A stretch of DNA of 64,000 nt from Candidatus Poseidonia alphae (GTDB lineage Archaea > Thermoplasmatota > Poseidoniia > Poseidoniales > Poseidoniaceae). The stretch's first letter is position 1; each line of letters opens with the position of its first letter. The notes beneath the pieces are model-generated. The model saw only the letters and a program-made list of their open reading frames with translations. It ran no database searches and was not told the DNA's origin. Made by a program: the position numbers and the translations under genes. Positions 10,430 to 21,700 of this stretch are shown here, one piece after another. The stretch covers positions 39,809-103,808 of the forward strand of contig DAVD01000012.1 of NCBI GenBank assembly GCA_002505405.1. The letters run 5' to 3'.

Positions 10430-11331
10430 TCTTCTTCATCTCCTTTAGGGTGAAACATCACGGTTGAACCGGCTTGAACAAATGCGCCCTTCGGCTGAGA
10501 AGAATCCTTTGATTCGGCGGAAATAAGGTCGCAGGAGAAACGGTTTGCTGGGACTCGAACGTCCACTCGTGAGCCGAGGCGTATCATTCCGATGCGTTGA
10601 CCGCGTCGGACGGGCGCGCCCTCTCCGACCCAAGGGATGACCGTCCGTGCTAATGCCCCAGATATCTGCGTCATCTCAATCAACGTATCATCCTCTAAGC
10701 GGTACACGGAACGAACCCGTTCATTGTATTGACTCTCTTTTTTGAAGGCAAAGGCGAAAGGTCCGCGCTTCAGGCCTTTTCCCGTGCGATGTTCCAGGCG
10801 CTCCAAGGTACCTTTCGCTGGAGCGCGATTCACGTGGACATCAAGAGGCGACATGAACACGGCTACTCTAATCACGTCCAAGTCGTGTTCTTCGCCTTTT
10901 TCCACAGCCTCATACCGCTGTTCCGTAGAAAAGGTCAGCGGTTCTTGAAGGGGTTCGGGATACCAATCTCCGGTGAGTGAATCGGACTCAATCGGTCCTT
11001 GTTCGCGTTCAGCCTTAGAAGGTCGGCGTCCTGTTGCTCGCTCTCTGCGGACAAACATAACGTGCCCGTCGGCTGGAGAGACCAAGACCCCTTCTTCCTT
11101 GGGTATCGGTCGGTCAGGGTCGCGCCAGAAATTGACGAGAAAAGCTGCAAACATCAGGCATGAGATTCCAAAAAGAGGGACCAGCCCAAGAATTGGGTCG
11201 ATGAACGCCCCTACAAACAGAGCGCTTACGCCCATTGCAGTCATCATGAATACCGGGCCGTGGCCGCCGTGGGCCAAACCAGCCATGTCAACACCTACTG
11301 TCCAGACCAGGGGTCTTCGCCATCGCCCCAA
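10426..11331 (-). CDS. Phosphatidylserine decarboxylase-related proenzyme (archaetidylserine decarboxylase-like)
   Basis: C-terminal RGQRIGMIRLGSRVDV resembles the PSD G-S-(S/T) self-cleavage region. N-terminal TM helices. 4-nt overlap with the downstream hydrolase gene. Confidence 0.5.
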   Translation of the reverse strand: MGRWRRPLVWTVGVDMAGLAHGGHGPVFMMTAMGVSALFVGAFIDPILGLVPLFGISCLMFAAFLVNFWRDPDRPIPKEEGVLVSPADGHVMFVRRERATGRRPSKAEREQGPIESDSLTGDWYPEPLQEPLTFSTEQRYEAVEKGEEHDLDVIRVAVFMSPLDVHVNRAPAKGTLERLEHRTGKGLKRGPFAFAFKKESQYNERVRSVYRLEDDTLIEMTQISGALARTVIPWVGEGAPVRRGQRIGMIRLGSRVDVRVPANRFSCDLISAESKDSSQPKGAFVQAGSTVMFHPKGDEEE

Positions 11332-12110
11332 GATGCCGCTGGAGCAGCCTCAGTAGATTCGTCCTCTTCTGCAGCCTCTTCTTCGGGGGCTTCCTCTTCA
11401 GGAGATTCTTCTGGTGCTGGCTCAACAACTTCAATCGATGATGTTGCTTCGCTCGCTGCTTCTGCTTCCGCCTCTTGGGTGGCCATTTCCTCGGTTCGCG
11501 CTTGGACCATTTCGTCCATGCGGTCGTTGAACGCTCTCGACATGTGTTGGGACTTGCGCTCGGTCTCAACGGCACGCTCAATCATTTCATAGCGTTCTTT
11601 GATGGCCTTGTTCAAGTCTTCAAAGATTTGCATGTGAGCAACATACCAGTCGTCACGAGATTTCATTTCAGTAACAGCAAGACGCAGATCGTTGTCAAGT
11701 TCTTCTGCAATGCCGAACACCTTGCCCAAGCGGTCTTTTTCTCGAGAGTATTTCTCTTCCATCTTGTCAAGTTCAGGTTCCAAGTGTTCAACACGCTTGG
11801 AAGCCTTGGTAGCCTTCATCTCCAATTCTCGAACTCGAACTTCCTTCTGAGAAATGATTGATTCAAGAGATTCTTTATCGATTTCTCGGTCAATGATTTC
11901 CTTTTCTAGAACTTCAATTTCAGCACGTGCGTCAACCAAGTCTTTCTCTTGGGTTTCGTATGCAGCAAACAATTTCTGAAGACGGTCTGTCTCGGTTGCA
12001 AGGGAGTCTTGCAATTGTTGAATTTGTACCTCTGGCGTGATGGTTCCTTCAGTCATCTTCTCACCCGGAGGCAAGCCTCCATTCTCTCCGAGTCCTCTCC
12101 TCCCTATCAA
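11295..12110 (-). CDS. Acidic coiled-coil protein (start probably at internal ATG ~12056)
   Basis: Heptad-rich, Glu/Lys-rich sequence with an extremely acidic C-terminus. No enzymatic motifs. Confidence 0.4.
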   Translation of the reverse strand: MIGRRGLGENGGLPPGEKMTEGTITPEVQIQQLQDSLATETDRLQKLFAAYETQEKDLVDARAEIEVLEKEIIDREIDKESLESIISQKEVRVRELEMKATKASKRVEHLEPELDKMEEKYSREKDRLGKVFGIAEELDNDLRLAVTEMKSRDDWYVAHMQIFEDLNKAIKERYEMIERAVETERKSQHMSRAFNDRMDEMVQARTEEMATQEAEAEAASEATSSIEVVEPAPEESPEEEAPEEEAAEEDESTEAAPAASWGDGEDPWSGQ

Positions 12111-12158
12111 GCCGACGCTTGTACGGGTCCAGAAATATGGGGCTTGTGGGGTTTTTAC

Positions 12159-13121
12159 TCAGCGGAGAGCATCGGTGGCTGCAACCAACTCTCTGGCAAT
12201 GCTGACTTCTCCCATTGAATGTCCTGCGTCAGGTACGATGGTCAAGGTGCTGTTGGGTAGGGCTTGGTGCAATTCCCAAGCGCTACGAGCAGGACACACA
12301 ACGTCATACCGCCCTTGTACAATGACCGTTGGAATCGATTGAATAAGGGACACATGGTTCAAAATATGCGCTTCTTCAAGGAAAATTCCGTTGATGAAGT
12401 AGTGGCATTCAATGCGAGCAAATGCGACTGCAAAGTCAAGGTCTTCTGCTTTCTCAAGATAACTTGGGTCGGGGAACAAACGGCTGGTCGCCATCTCCCA
12501 TCGCGTCCACTCCTTGGCTGCAGCGCGACGAATCGCTCCGTCTGGACTGGTAAGTCGCTGATAATATGCCTTGATCAAATCGCTCTGTTCCTCCAAGGGA
12601 ATGTGGTCCCGATACGGAGCAAATGCGTCAGGGAAGATGTGGCTCGCACCATCTTGATAGAACCACTGAAGTTCACTTTTCCTGCACATGAAAATTCCGC
12701 GCAGAATCAAACTTTCAACTCTATTTGGATGCTCCTGGGCATAAATCAACGAAAGAGTCGAACCCCACGAACCTCCAAACACATGCCATGATTCAATTCC
12801 CAAATGTTGCCGCAACGTCTCAATATCTGCCACGGATGCTTGGGTTGTATTGTCTTCGAGTTCAGCGTGAGGCGTTGATTGGCCGCATCCGCGTTGGTCA
12901 AATTGAACGATGTTGTAGGCACCGGGGTCAAAATATTGACGGTACGATGGCTGCCCACCTCCGCCAGGACCGCCATGTATGACGACGACAGGAATTCCAT
13001 CGGCATTTCCACTTGCCTCCCATGCAATGGTATGGAGGTCAGTAACGGATAACGTTCCTTTTTGATAAGGTTCACAGGGTGAGTAAAGAACGTCGCTAAG
13101 CGTGGTCACGGTGTCAAGCAT
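12159..13121 (-). CDS. pip: Proline iminopeptidase (prolyl aminopeptidase, alpha/beta hydrolase)
   Basis: VVIHGGPGGG, QRGCGQS and nucleophile GGSWGSTL are hallmark PIP motifs. Confidence 0.8.
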   Translation of the reverse strand: MLDTVTTLSDVLYSPCEPYQKGTLSVTDLHTIAWEASGNADGIPVVVIHGGPGGGGQPSYRQYFDPGAYNIVQFDQRGCGQSTPHAELEDNTTQASVADIETLRQHLGIESWHVFGGSWGSTLSLIYAQEHPNRVESLILRGIFMCRKSELQWFYQDGASHIFPDAFAPYRDHIPLEEQSDLIKAYYQRLTSPDGAIRRAAAKEWTRWEMATSRLFPDPSYLEKAEDLDFAVAFARIECHYFINGIFLEEAHILNHVSLIQSIPTVIVQGRYDVVCPARSAWELHQALPNSTLTIVPDAGHSMGEVSIARELVAATDALR

Positions 13122-13138
13122 GAACTTCCCAAGGAGAG

Positions 13139-13828
13139 GTGATGAATGTTCTTTTCGTCATGGACACCTTCAAAGACAGGGTTCCTCCAACCTCCATCAT
13201 GGACCAAAGGAAAGCGACCGATGTCTTTCATGAGTGGGCTGAAAAAGGCAAGGACATCGGCATGGAAAAAGGCCATGCTGCAAGCGTAGATGTCATGCTA
13301 AATCTTCTTCTTGACAACGTATCAATGCCGTTTTCTGCCGTCGATATTGGTTGTGGAAATGGATGGGTCGTTCGACAACTTTCCAGTCATGAACACTGTA
13401 CCAACGCGTCAGGAGTTGACGGAGCCGTAGCTATGATTGAAAAAGCGAATGGAATCGACCCTAATGGAAGTTATCATCACGGCCAACTTCCTGATTGGAA
13501 ACCCGAGCAACCCGTCGACCTGGTCCACAGCATGGAATGTTTGTACTACCTGCATGACCCGTTGAACTTTCTTCAAATCATACATGATGACTGGATGAGG
13601 GCAGAAGGCAAACTTGTGATTGGGATGGACCATTACGAGGAAAACCCGGCCAGTCATGATTGGCCCAAGTCCCTCAACGTGCACATGACAACCCTCTCGA
13701 TCCAGGCATGGTTGCAAGGAATGAGAGACGCAGGATTTGAGAACGTAAGTGCGATTCAAACCGGAGCGAAGGAAGACTGGGCGGGAACGCTTGTACTGTC
13801 CGGGACTAAGCCTCAGCGTCCTCAATGA
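13139..13828 (+). CDS. Class I SAM-dependent methyltransferase
   Basis: Motif I VDIGCGNGWVV. Confidence 0.55.
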   Translation: MMNVLFVMDTFKDRVPPTSIMDQRKATDVFHEWAEKGKDIGMEKGHAASVDVMLNLLLDNVSMPFSAVDIGCGNGWVVRQLSSHEHCTNASGVDGAVAMIEKANGIDPNGSYHHGQLPDWKPEQPVDLVHSMECLYYLHDPLNFLQIIHDDWMRAEGKLVIGMDHYEENPASHDWPKSLNVHMTTLSIQAWLQGMRDAGFENVSAIQTGAKEDWAGTLVLSGTKPQRPQ

Positions 13829-16800
13829 AGCCGAGCACTTCGCCCTTTGGACCGCAGCGTCGAACATCGCCTTTGTAGTACGGGCAGCCTGCGCAAACGG
13901 TGGAATCTGAATCCAAACGCTCGGGTTCATCACTGCCGTTCGTGAGGTGCATCATGGTGCGCCAGTGGAGATGTTGGTCAAGGTCAGCCTTTGCAAACAC
14001 AAACTCTTCTTCAGTCATTTGTACAATACGTCCGTTTGCACCCAACAGCAGTGATGGCGGAAGTATGCGTCGGCGCTCTTCCTTTGGCTTAAGCTGTTCA
14101 ATCGCTTCAAGAGCGACGGAGTAAAGTGTCAATTGAAGGCGATGTTCGTGGAGAATCTCGGCTTCTGCTTCGGATTGCGGGAACGGGTTCGTGGTTTCAG
14201 GACCGACCGCTTGTAAAACATGGCCTTTCTCTGCAAGAGTTGGGTTAAACGGAGCCATGCATCCTTTGGTTTTCAGGTCAACCACTTGGAGGCATCCTCG
14301 GCCGCCTTCATCAACAAGCGCCAACACCAAGTCAGCACGTCCGTTGAAATCCATATCGACTTGTTCAATGGTTGCTTGCTCAACGGGGCCCTTAGGTGAA
14401 AACCGACTCCGTTTGAACGAATCGACTGAAATCGGATACGAATGGATGAACGGGAGTTCGGTTCGAACCGCTTCAACCCTGAATCCGTGGAGGGATTCTC
14501 CTGCTACCCACTGTCCAAGAAGGCCAGCATCAATGAGCGAACTCAAATGGAGCATGCGTTCCCTCCATTGATATTCTGTACTGTCCTTCCGTTGAGTTTC
14601 ACCGTATCCGAATTCGGCCATGACCCTTCCAACTGTAATTTCAGAGGCAAGCGCCCCTTCGCTGGCATGATGCCAGTCTTGGGGTAACTTCGGAGTACTG
14701 CTCGAGAATTGAAGGGGGTTACGGAGTCCAATCTCTACAATTCGGTGCATCATCAATCCAAATTCAGTCGGCAGAGGCCATCGCTTCTTCTTGGGTTTTG
14801 TGAGCCCCTTTGGAATTGTAAACGGTTCGGATGCCCATCCTTTCATGTGCTCCAACCAATACCTTCGGGGACAAGCGTCTGTAGCATCCAAGTGGTGGGC
14901 TGCGCCTTTGAGCGTCTCTCGCAAAGGTTGGAGCACGACCTCGTTCTTGTCGGCAACCAACGTTGTTGCATCAAGGTGCTCATCGAGCATTCGGAGACGT
15001 TGTTGAGGGGATGGCGGTGTCGGTTGATGAAAGCAATCGGGATGGTGATAGAGCCGGATTCCTGAAACGCCCTCTTCACCCAGAGGATTGTTTTCCAAAA
15101 GGATGGCTGGGTTGAGGGAGACGGGTGCTTTGGAAGAGGTGTATGGAGGGAGTGAATGGGCTCCTGCATCCCCTGGCAAGAGCCACGGGCTGTCTTCATC
15201 ACCAGCACACCAAGACGCACGTCGTAATCCTTCCACCCACATCCGCCCCATGGTCCTCGGGTCGGGTTTTACAGTGAGGGAGAGTTCTCCGGATTCGGTA
15301 TTGAAGGTCGAGGTATCGGTAGGCCTACCGGTGACGATGAGGCGGTCCTTTACACGGGTGAGGGCAACGTAGAATTTTCTTCGCAGTTCCGCCTTGTCCT
15401 GGGCGGTGTTCATTTGACTTGCAAATGCCCAGAGGCCGTCTACAGGGCGAGCGTGAGCATGCCAGGGTTGAATCCTTCCAGCGACAACTTGTGGCGTAAC
15501 CAATACATTGTCTTTTACCGAGGTCGTAACGTCGGCCATACCCGCTGTAAAGATGCCTGAAACAGCCACAACTGGGGCTTGAAGTCCCTTTGCACCGTGA
15601 ATCGTCATGATTTGTACGGCGGCTTTCGTAGGCTTACTGATGGCTTGCGGACCCCTCTTTTCAAGTCCAATCAATTCGTTTAAGCGCCGGTAAATTGCCG
15701 TAACTGAATGGCCTGTTTCATTTCCGATGCTATGAATCATGCCAAGCCATGCCTCTGCATGTTGACGCTGGGAGTCTTCACTGTACGCAACGAGAAGGTC
15801 GGAATGATCGAGCACCGCATCCAACACGTCATAGATAGCCCCCAAAGATGCGAGGTGATGAAGGTGGTTGAGTAAGGCCTCTATCGCATCGTTCGGTGCA
15901 TGTTCAAGAAGAGCATCCCATGCTGTACGCTCTTCAGCGAGACGATAAAAAGCGGCATGAACTTGAGATTCACTCATTCCAACAACAGCGGAGCGGGCCA
16001 ACTCAATGCCCGCTTTCCGAGAATGGGGATGCGCCACAAGTTCCAACACCGCCATCAAGGGCTGAACAACCGGTTGCATAAGCAACAATCCTTGCCGGTC
16101 GGCCATGACGGGAATCCCTCGCGCCCGCAAGCGTTCAAGCAGGTCCGGCAGGTGCCTCCGTGAATTGATCAAAATCATGACGTCCTCCGGGCGGACTTCG
16201 GGTCCGGTCTCTGCGATCTCTTTCCAATCCGCTTCAGATGAATTCCATACGCGGGAACCCTCTCCATTCAGCAACGAATGGAGGCGGGTTGCAAGCAATT
16301 CATGTTCAAGTTGGACATTGGAGGCGTTTGGGTTCTCAAAGGTGTTGAGTGGAATATCAAGGTCATACGAAGCATGTTGAAGCGCTCCTTGTATGGGGAG
16401 AAGCCACTCCAATACCCCTGGCTCTTCACTCGCTCTTGCAGGATGCAAACGCTGGGCTTCAGCATGCCAGTCGCCAGGTAATGCATGATGACGAGGAGAA
16501 AATACTTCGTCGAAGATGTCATTCATCGATTCCATCAAACTTGGCCGAGTACGATGGTTTGAGGTCAAATCAATGTGCCCTTCCTGTCTCCGCTCAAGCC
16601 GCTCACCCGTGATGGTTGAGGTGGTCTGTCCATCCTCCCATGCATAGGGGACGTAGCTGTGTGGGGCTGAACCTTCCGCATCATGTTCATTGGTGTACGA
16701 GCCTGTTTCCCCTCCGGCCCCAATTGGTCGCGGGTCCCTTCCTTCTCCGTTTTTGCGCAGATGGTTGAGGCTGGTTTCATCGGCTTCAATTCTGTTGCAA

Positions 16801-18746
16801 TCACGCACGGCAGCAACCGCTCGTCGCATGACTGATACCTCTGCTTGTCTGAAGCGATAGATGCTTTGTTTCATGTCACCAACGATGCAAACCGTTGGGT
16901 CCCAATATCCTCTGGGCCTTGGTGGGTCGTCACCATAACGCGCTCTCCGACCCCACAACCGTGCAAGCAATCGGTAGTGTGATGGATTTGTGTCCTGATA
17001 TTCGTCGATGATGAAGGCTCGGAACTGACGTCGCAATTCCCCTAATACCGCAAATCTCCGGTGAAGGTCGTCTTGGAGATCCGGTTGGTCGTTGAGCAGT
17101 GTTAACGCCCGGGAGACGTGTTCATCGCTCCATGGATTGTCGCCTAACCCGTCCAACGCGTCAATCACTTCTGGAGGGTAGCGGTGACGGCAGACATCCG
17201 GACATCGGGCAAGAAGAAGGTCGGCTGCAAAGCGTTGAATGTCATCGAAATCATGCATGCCTTCGAGCGATTTGCGGCGAGCAAGAATTTGATGGCATCC
17301 TCGATGAACCGTGATGAGGTCGCTGAGAATTTCCATTTGTAAATCAGCAGAGACATAGGTCCCTCCTTCAACCGGCGTCGGCCCAATGGAGGGGGGGAGC
17401 GGGACAAGCCGGAGGGGGGAGTCAAGAGGCATTCCATCATAACCGTCCCCGGGGTTGAGTAAGAAAGCGGATTCAGCCAAGAGGCGAATCAAGATGCCCA
17501 GCGGTGAGTGAAGTTCGTTTTTCAGTTCGTCTTGCAAGGCCACGCTTGCGGAAAACAACGCGTCCTTATCGGTCCCTTTCATTCCTTTTACCTTCCCTTT
17601 CGCCAGCAATCCACCATGCCATTTATCCGTTGAGGGGAGATTGTTGCGGGGGAAAAACGTGCATGGGTTTTTGTTGAGTCCTGAAGAACCCGCCATGCCG
17701 ATCATGGCTTTCCACATCCAGACCAATTGGTCCGCAGGCCGGTCGGGAAGCGGGGCACTAACCAAACGGGCAAGATGGTTGAAGCGGGTGAGGACGGTGT
17801 CGTGCTCTTCTTCAATGGGTTCAGCGCATTGTTCTGTATAAGGCAAGAACAGACTGACCCAATTGTGCAAAAGTGGTGCGAAATGATTGATGAAGCCAGG
17901 AAGTTCGGCAGCAATGGGTTGTGCGACCATGTCCAGAAGAAGCGAGACCGGAGCAGGTCCTCGGCCGCTCCATGAGATGCCCAAATCTTGAGCCCGCTGA
18001 ATCATCGAACGGTGAGATTGCTCTACGAAAAGAGATGTGTTGAGAAGTCCATTGAGGACCACTTCCGCAGGCTCTTGCCCTCCCAATCGCGTGACCAGCC
18101 GGTTGCGAGATTGAATGAATTCATGTTGGTGATTGAGCACACCGGCATCCGAGGCATCGTCTGTCGTGCGTATTCGCCAGACAGCATGCATTGTATCGCG
18201 AAGCATGAGCGGTGCTCGTTCTTCGGGAACTTGGTCGCTTGCTGAGTAAAGGGTGACGGTGTCGATGTACGGTCGCACCAACCGGTTGAGGAAGGCGTCA
18301 ATGGTTGAAATTGGAGCCTCATCGAGGCTTGACAAGAGCATTTCAACATCTGCGTCATCTCGGAGTCTCGGGTCAAATATTCCTTCGATATCTTCTTCCT
18401 TAGGAGGTTGAGCACGGCTTTGAGCAAGACGATGGCGTATTCGAGCCTTGAGTTCAGCCGCAGCTTTTCTGGTAAAGGTGATGGCGACGACTTCGGACGG
18501 CAAGAGGCCGTTCCAATCCTCAACCTCTGTGCGTTCCCTCTTCGGAGCGCGTAAGGAGCCGTGCCCGGAAAGTGGGACTCGTGGACCCGGAGGAGTCAGG
18601 TGAGTTGCCCGTTGATCGTGAGCCAACAAATGTTGAACGTAGCGCTCAGCCATGACGGTTGTTTTACCCGTACCCGCTCCTGCGTCTAGGGCAATGTGTT
18701 TGTCCAAATCAAGACCAAGTCGCTGGCTGTTGTTGAAGTCAACCAT
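13806..18746 (-). CDS. AddA-like helicase–nuclease: complete UvrD/PcrA-type SF1 helicase fused to C-terminal RecB-family PD-(D/E)xK nuclease with Cys cluster
   Basis: Helicase motifs in order: I ALDAGAGTGKT, Ia AITFTRKAA, TIDAFL, II IIDEYQDT, III VCIVGDMKQSIYRFRQA, IV LTSNHRTRP, V IMTIHGAKGLQAPVV, VI FYVALTRVKDRL. C-terminal nuclease has GRADLVLALVD (motif II) and VVDLKTKG (motif III), with Cys at GC..., CAGC and ...RRC. Start placed at ATG 18746, which overlaps the upstream stop. Confidence 0.7.
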   Translation of the reverse strand: MVDFNNSQRLGLDLDKHIALDAGAGTGKTTVMAERYVQHLLAHDQRATHLTPPGPRVPLSGHGSLRAPKRERTEVEDWNGLLPSEVVAITFTRKAAAELKARIRHRLAQSRAQPPKEEDIEGIFDPRLRDDADVEMLLSSLDEAPISTIDAFLNRLVRPYIDTVTLYSASDQVPEERAPLMLRDTMHAVWRIRTTDDASDAGVLNHQHEFIQSRNRLVTRLGGQEPAEVVLNGLLNTSLFVEQSHRSMIQRAQDLGISWSGRGPAPVSLLLDMVAQPIAAELPGFINHFAPLLHNWVSLFLPYTEQCAEPIEEEHDTVLTRFNHLARLVSAPLPDRPADQLVWMWKAMIGMAGSSGLNKNPCTFFPRNNLPSTDKWHGGLLAKGKVKGMKGTDKDALFSASVALQDELKNELHSPLGILIRLLAESAFLLNPGDGYDGMPLDSPLRLVPLPPSIGPTPVEGGTYVSADLQMEILSDLITVHRGCHQILARRKSLEGMHDFDDIQRFAADLLLARCPDVCRHRYPPEVIDALDGLGDNPWSDEHVSRALTLLNDQPDLQDDLHRRFAVLGELRRQFRAFIIDEYQDTNPSHYRLLARLWGRRARYGDDPPRPRGYWDPTVCIVGDMKQSIYRFRQAEVSVMRRAVAAVRDCNRIEADETSLNHLRKNGEGRDPRPIGAGGETGSYTNEHDAEGSAPHSYVPYAWEDGQTTSTITGERLERRQEGHIDLTSNHRTRPSLMESMNDIFDEVFSPRHHALPGDWHAEAQRLHPARASEEPGVLEWLLPIQGALQHASYDLDIPLNTFENPNASNVQLEHELLATRLHSLLNGEGSRVWNSSEADWKEIAETGPEVRPEDVMILINSRRHLPDLLERLRARGIPVMADRQGLLLMQPVVQPLMAVLELVAHPHSRKAGIELARSAVVGMSESQVHAAFYRLAEERTAWDALLEHAPNDAIEALLNHLHHLASLGAIYDVLDAVLDHSDLLVAYSEDSQRQHAEAWLGMIHSIGNETGHSVTAIYRRLNELIGLEKRGPQAISKPTKAAVQIMTIHGAKGLQAPVVAVSGIFTAGMADVTTSVKDNVLVTPQVVAGRIQPWHAHARPVDGLWAFASQMNTAQDKAELRRKFYVALTRVKDRLIVTGRPTDTSTFNTESGELSLTVKPDPRTMGRMWVEGLRRASWCAGDEDSPWLLPGDAGAHSLPPYTSSKAPVSLNPAILLENNPLGEEGVSGIRLYHHPDCFHQPTPPSPQQRLRMLDEHLDATTLVADKNEVVLQPLRETLKGAAHHLDATDACPRRYWLEHMKGWASEPFTIPKGLTKPKKKRWPLPTEFGLMMHRIVEIGLRNPLQFSSSTPKLPQDWHHASEGALASEITVGRVMAEFGYGETQRKDSTEYQWRERMLHLSSLIDAGLLGQWVAGESLHGFRVEAVRTELPFIHSYPISVDSFKRSRFSPKGPVEQATIEQVDMDFNGRADLVLALVDEGGRGCLQVVDLKTKGCMAPFNPTLAEKGHVLQAVGPETTNPFPQSEAEAEILHEHRLQLTLYSVALEAIEQLKPKEERRRILPPSLLLGANGRIVQMTEEEFVFAKADLDQHLHWRTMMHLTNGSDEPERLDSDSTVCAGCPYYKGDVRRCGPKGEVLGFIEDAEA

Positions 18747-21700
18747 TAGAATGACCCCCCTGTAAACGACGAGACCGAACACGATTGGCGGAGGACACAG
18801 TAGTTGCAATGTGTGCCCGGCGTTGGATTAACCTGTCCGTCATGAGCCGCCTGCACAGCGCGTTGGGCTGCCTTTAATCGCTCATACATCCATGTCCTGA
18901 ACGGAGAACGGTGGATGCCTTCCCCGTTCAAAGGAAGGAAGTGAAGGGGCAAATGCCCGGTTGCTTGTCCCAAGTGCAATTCCTCTTTCACCGAATCAAT
19001 GTCGGTATCCAATTCAACATAATGAGCAGTGAACTCCCCTATTTCTGTTGCGCCGACACCGATGACGCGGTCACCTGGGTGGGCGACCTCCCAAGCCCTA
19101 GCATACAATGCAAGTTGCAATTCTTCAAACAAGCAGCGAAGATGGCGCAAGCCACGTTGTTTGACCTGTGGGCCGCGAACGGTCTTCAAATCACGAACGA
19201 TGACCAGCCGCCGAGCAGCGTAAGGCGTTCCATCAAGAGGCATTGGAGTTGTCTTCTCACTTGATTCGTCCAATATACCAAGTGCAGTCAATGCCTCACG
19301 TTGCCCTTTATTCAACACCACCACGTCGACGCGATCGGCATAGCCAAACATTTCGAATGACGCTGCAGCCTCGTGTTCGTCGGTTGTATCCAAGGCGATG
19401 CTTGTCCCCTCGGACAAGGTCTTCCATTCACAGGCAATCGGGGCTGAATGTTCTAGCGTCAAATCCGATTGATACATTCTGAAAAGTCTGCCTCCGGGAG
19501 AAATCGGCGTTCCTGTCTCCTGGTAATCGTTCCATTCTGCTGGTGTGGCGTCGATGAGGTCGCGGGTTCGGTGGACAGAAACTGCATTGTATCTGCCCAT
19601 CCATTGTGCATGTTCGTTCAAGTGTTCAAGGATAACGTTCCAACCTGCCCCTACATCTCCCATTGGCCCAAGGTGGAGGGGTTCAATCCGTCCAAGGTCT
19701 GAGCCGCTCACATTGACGCCGTGCCCAGAAAGGAGGGCTCCTTCAACCTCGTGAGCGAGAATTCCGCGAATCCTCAGGTCAACATCCTCAGAGACGCCTT
19801 CATCTTCGCTCTTAGCGTTCAGAAACTGATTCATCCATGCGCTTCGCGGACAATGAAGCCATTTTTCCAGTCGGCTTGGCGACCAAACCTTTCGAACCAG
19901 CGAAGCATCAATTTTGCCGAAGCGGTGGTTGAGTGAAAGCCCTGTTGGCGCGTAGGCGGGAAGAGGACGAGGGTCAACACTTAGCGAGACAACCTTCTCT
20001 TCCTTATGACCGAGATGAGGCCACTGTGCTGCGCTAACTCCGGGGGCTTTGACTGAAGCGTGCTCTGGGCGCAACCTCACTGCATCAATTCCAAGGAGGT
20101 GGGTGCGGTGGCTCCAAGAGAGCGACGACCCCTCGGTGAGCCCTCTCAACGAGGGTTGTCTCTGCTTACGATCACTCTGAATCACGCCCTCAAAGGAATG
20201 AGTCAGTGTTGGGCGATGGTTGAGTTGTTCGCGGGGTTGGATGGACTCTTTGAGGTCCATACCCAACTGCTGGCGAGCATCCCTTGGAAGGTGCCCGTGA
20301 CGAATCAATCGCTTTGTTCCTGCTTCTTCTGCTGTCCAAGAGGAGACGGGCGTCAACCAACTTCCCTGTCCGAGTTCTCGCGAAACCCACTCCCAATGGC
20401 GTAAGCCCGATGTTCCTTGGTAAGTGTCAGGTGGCAAGAATTCGGGAGCTGGTCGCATAGCATCCCACTCCCCTGAACGTCGCACGTCCGACAACCATTC
20501 GGCGTAAGGAGCGCTTGGGCCGCCCCCATCTTCAGGGCTTGAATCAAACATGACAATACGAGGGGCTGCATTGAGGAGATGCCGAAGGTGGTGACGTCCT
20601 TGCCGAATCAGCAAGTCCGTTTGGAACATTCCAAGTTCAAGTTGGGCTTTGGCATCCAACCAAGGTACAACGGATGTTTTCATGGGCCAGGCGTCAACAT
20701 CAAGGCCTGCAAAGATGATCAAATCAGCTTCGAGCCCCAATGCCTCTTTTGGCGTAAGTACCTCGATGTCTGCTGTTTTCATCTTGGTTTGAGACAGTGT
20801 GGTGACCTGCCCTACATACGTGAGGAGGTCAATAAAGTCCATTCCATCAAAGGTGATGCTTTGTACTCTGACCATTGAAGATTGAATCTTTTGAATGGAT
20901 TCTAAGATAGCGTGGAAGGTACCTAGGCTGCGATTGTAGGGGGATTGCCGGTGTTCTAAGGCCTCAAAATCCAACCATTTGACGAACTGTGTCATCCATG
21001 CGGGCCCATTTTTTGGTGCTGGCGGGAGGGGGAGGAACTCACCGGTGCTGCACCCCTCTACATCGTACCGTAACATGTGCACGTCTTCTCCCATGAGCAA
21101 CGGCTTCCACGCATGAAGCATGCATGAAAGCCACCATTGGGTTTCCTCAAGGTCTTGCCTTCGTTGCTCTGGATTGCGTTCTGTAGCTGATGGTTTGGCT
21201 CGTGAAAGAGCGCCTACCCATCTTGAAATCGCACCTGGCCCACCGAGGACATGAAATTGTTGGGCAATACTTTGGAGTGCTTCTTGGTGAGGCCGAGGTC
21301 GCCATTCTTCCTGCGTTGGATGAACGAGTTCGGGGAACATATCTTCCTTGAGAGGAAGAGACGTTGAGTCCATAACGGAGTGAAGAGCGTTCATCCCCCA
21401 CGCACTCATACCTTGAGACAAGCGGGATGCTTGTAGGAGAGCGTGGAACAGCGGTTGGTCTTCCAACAACTCAGTGTTCGAATTCCATTGAATGCCAAGT
21501 GAGCCGAGTGACTGCGTCCAAAGGTGCTGTCGGTCTCGGACAGAGCCGTCAATGACCAGTATTCGTCCTTGAGAAGAACTACGGAAGTGCTTGATCAGTT
21601 CAATTGTAGAATTGAGAATATGGTCGCGTTCGTCGACCGTTACTCTGGTAAATTGGGTGTTTTTAGAACGACCAACATTGGACCTCCAGGAAGGGTGCGC

